Part shown: one piece after another, positions 63,519 to 64,000 of the stretch | How positions within the stretch are numbered: the first letter of the stretch is position 1 | How the letters are laid out: each line of letters starts with the position of its first letter | Origin: a virus | Strand: one strand, 5' to 3' | DNA: 64,000 nt | Virus record (IMG/VR): IMGVR_UViG_3300035070_002905 | Span: 108,111 to 172,110 of that record | Translations under genes and position numbers: made by a program | Notes under the pieces: generated by a model | The model's input: only the letters and a program-made list of their open reading frames with translations | The model's database searches: none | What the model was told of the DNA's origin: nothing

Positions 63519-64000
63519 ATGGAAACACCAATACTGTATAAGCTAGACAGTAAGAAGAAGGTTCGCCAGTGGCAGGCATGGGTAGAGGAGCATGAGGATG
63601 GCACCGCTACTGTACATACTGCGTCTGGTCTTGAAGGCGGGAAGCTATCGGGAATACCTATCCATGTAACGGTGGGTAAGAACCTAGGGAAGAAGAGTGA
63701 GACTACTCCGGTGCAACAGGCCGAGAAGGAAGTCCGCTCGAAACTCGAGAAGCAGTACAAGAAGGGCTACGTACGAGATATCCGTGAGTTCCGCCAGACC
63801 GGCGTACAGAAAGCTCAGGACTTCCGTAAGTATCACCATCATCTACCCGAGATCATTTACTGTGAGCCTAAGCTAGACGGCCTACGTAGTAAGTTAGATC
63901 GGGCGGGTGCCTGTAGTAAGAATGGAGATCTCTGGGGCTCTTGGGTCCAGGAGACTACCTGGGTGCAGGGTATTCTAGATCTGCTTGACGATGACGAGGA
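63519..64000 (+). CDS. ATP-dependent DNA ligase, 3'-truncated by window edge (not in ORF track)
   Basis: AAGGAGG RBS; METPILYKLDSKKKVRQW...GKNLGK..ETT...QA...KKGY N-domain, then motif I EPKLDGLR. Confidence 0.85.
   Translation, partial: METPILYKLDSKKKVRQWQAWVEEHEDGTATVHTASGLEGGKLSGIPIHVTVGKNLGKKSETTPVQQAEKEVRSKLEKQYKKGYVRDIREFRQTGVQKAQDFRKYHHHLPEIIYCEPKLDGLRSKLDRAGACSKNGDLWGSWVQETTWVQGILDLLDDDE

Noticed and set aside
63506-63760. 84-aa minus-strand ORF
   Set aside because: Antisense shadow of the DNA ligase 5' end on the + strand.

Overview
This window is a 64-kb internal segment of a large lytic, contractile-tailed (myovirus-type) bacteriophage genome. I found no rRNA, tRNA, CRISPR array, integrase or IS. 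Layout: (i) the 3' end of a ThiF/E1-like gene on + (1-915); (ii) a long minus-strand late block (975-46918) with putative holins, three large tail-fibre/appendage proteins, PAAR, spike, tube, sheath, neck, major capsid, scaffold, prohead protease, internal head proteins, a two-gene multisubunit RNA polymerase and the portal, interrupted by a + strand island of small genes (16802-19530); (iii) a + strand early region with a tandem array of paralogous membrane proteins; (iv) an SNF2 helicase, a sigma70-family factor and a replication cluster (T7-type SSB, Cas4-like nuclease, RNase H, primase-helicase, DEDDh exonuclease, iteron-like origin, DNA ligase). The most notable inferred system is a virion cargo programme. 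A hydrophobic-x-K-x-A motif marks most head proteins and is a probable prohead-protease site. It also occurs in an RNA polymerase with beta fused to the N-terminal half of beta-prime, and between the two halves of a putative ADP-ribosyltransferase + nucleotidyltransferase polyprotein. Other highlights are a GGGAAAG -1 frameshift joining the scaffold gene to a lysine-rich ORF, two phage promoter classes (TGTTATAAG plus a hairpin; TAAAATA), and a 422-bp-periodic cassette array. All functional calls come from motif recognition by eye, with no database searches.
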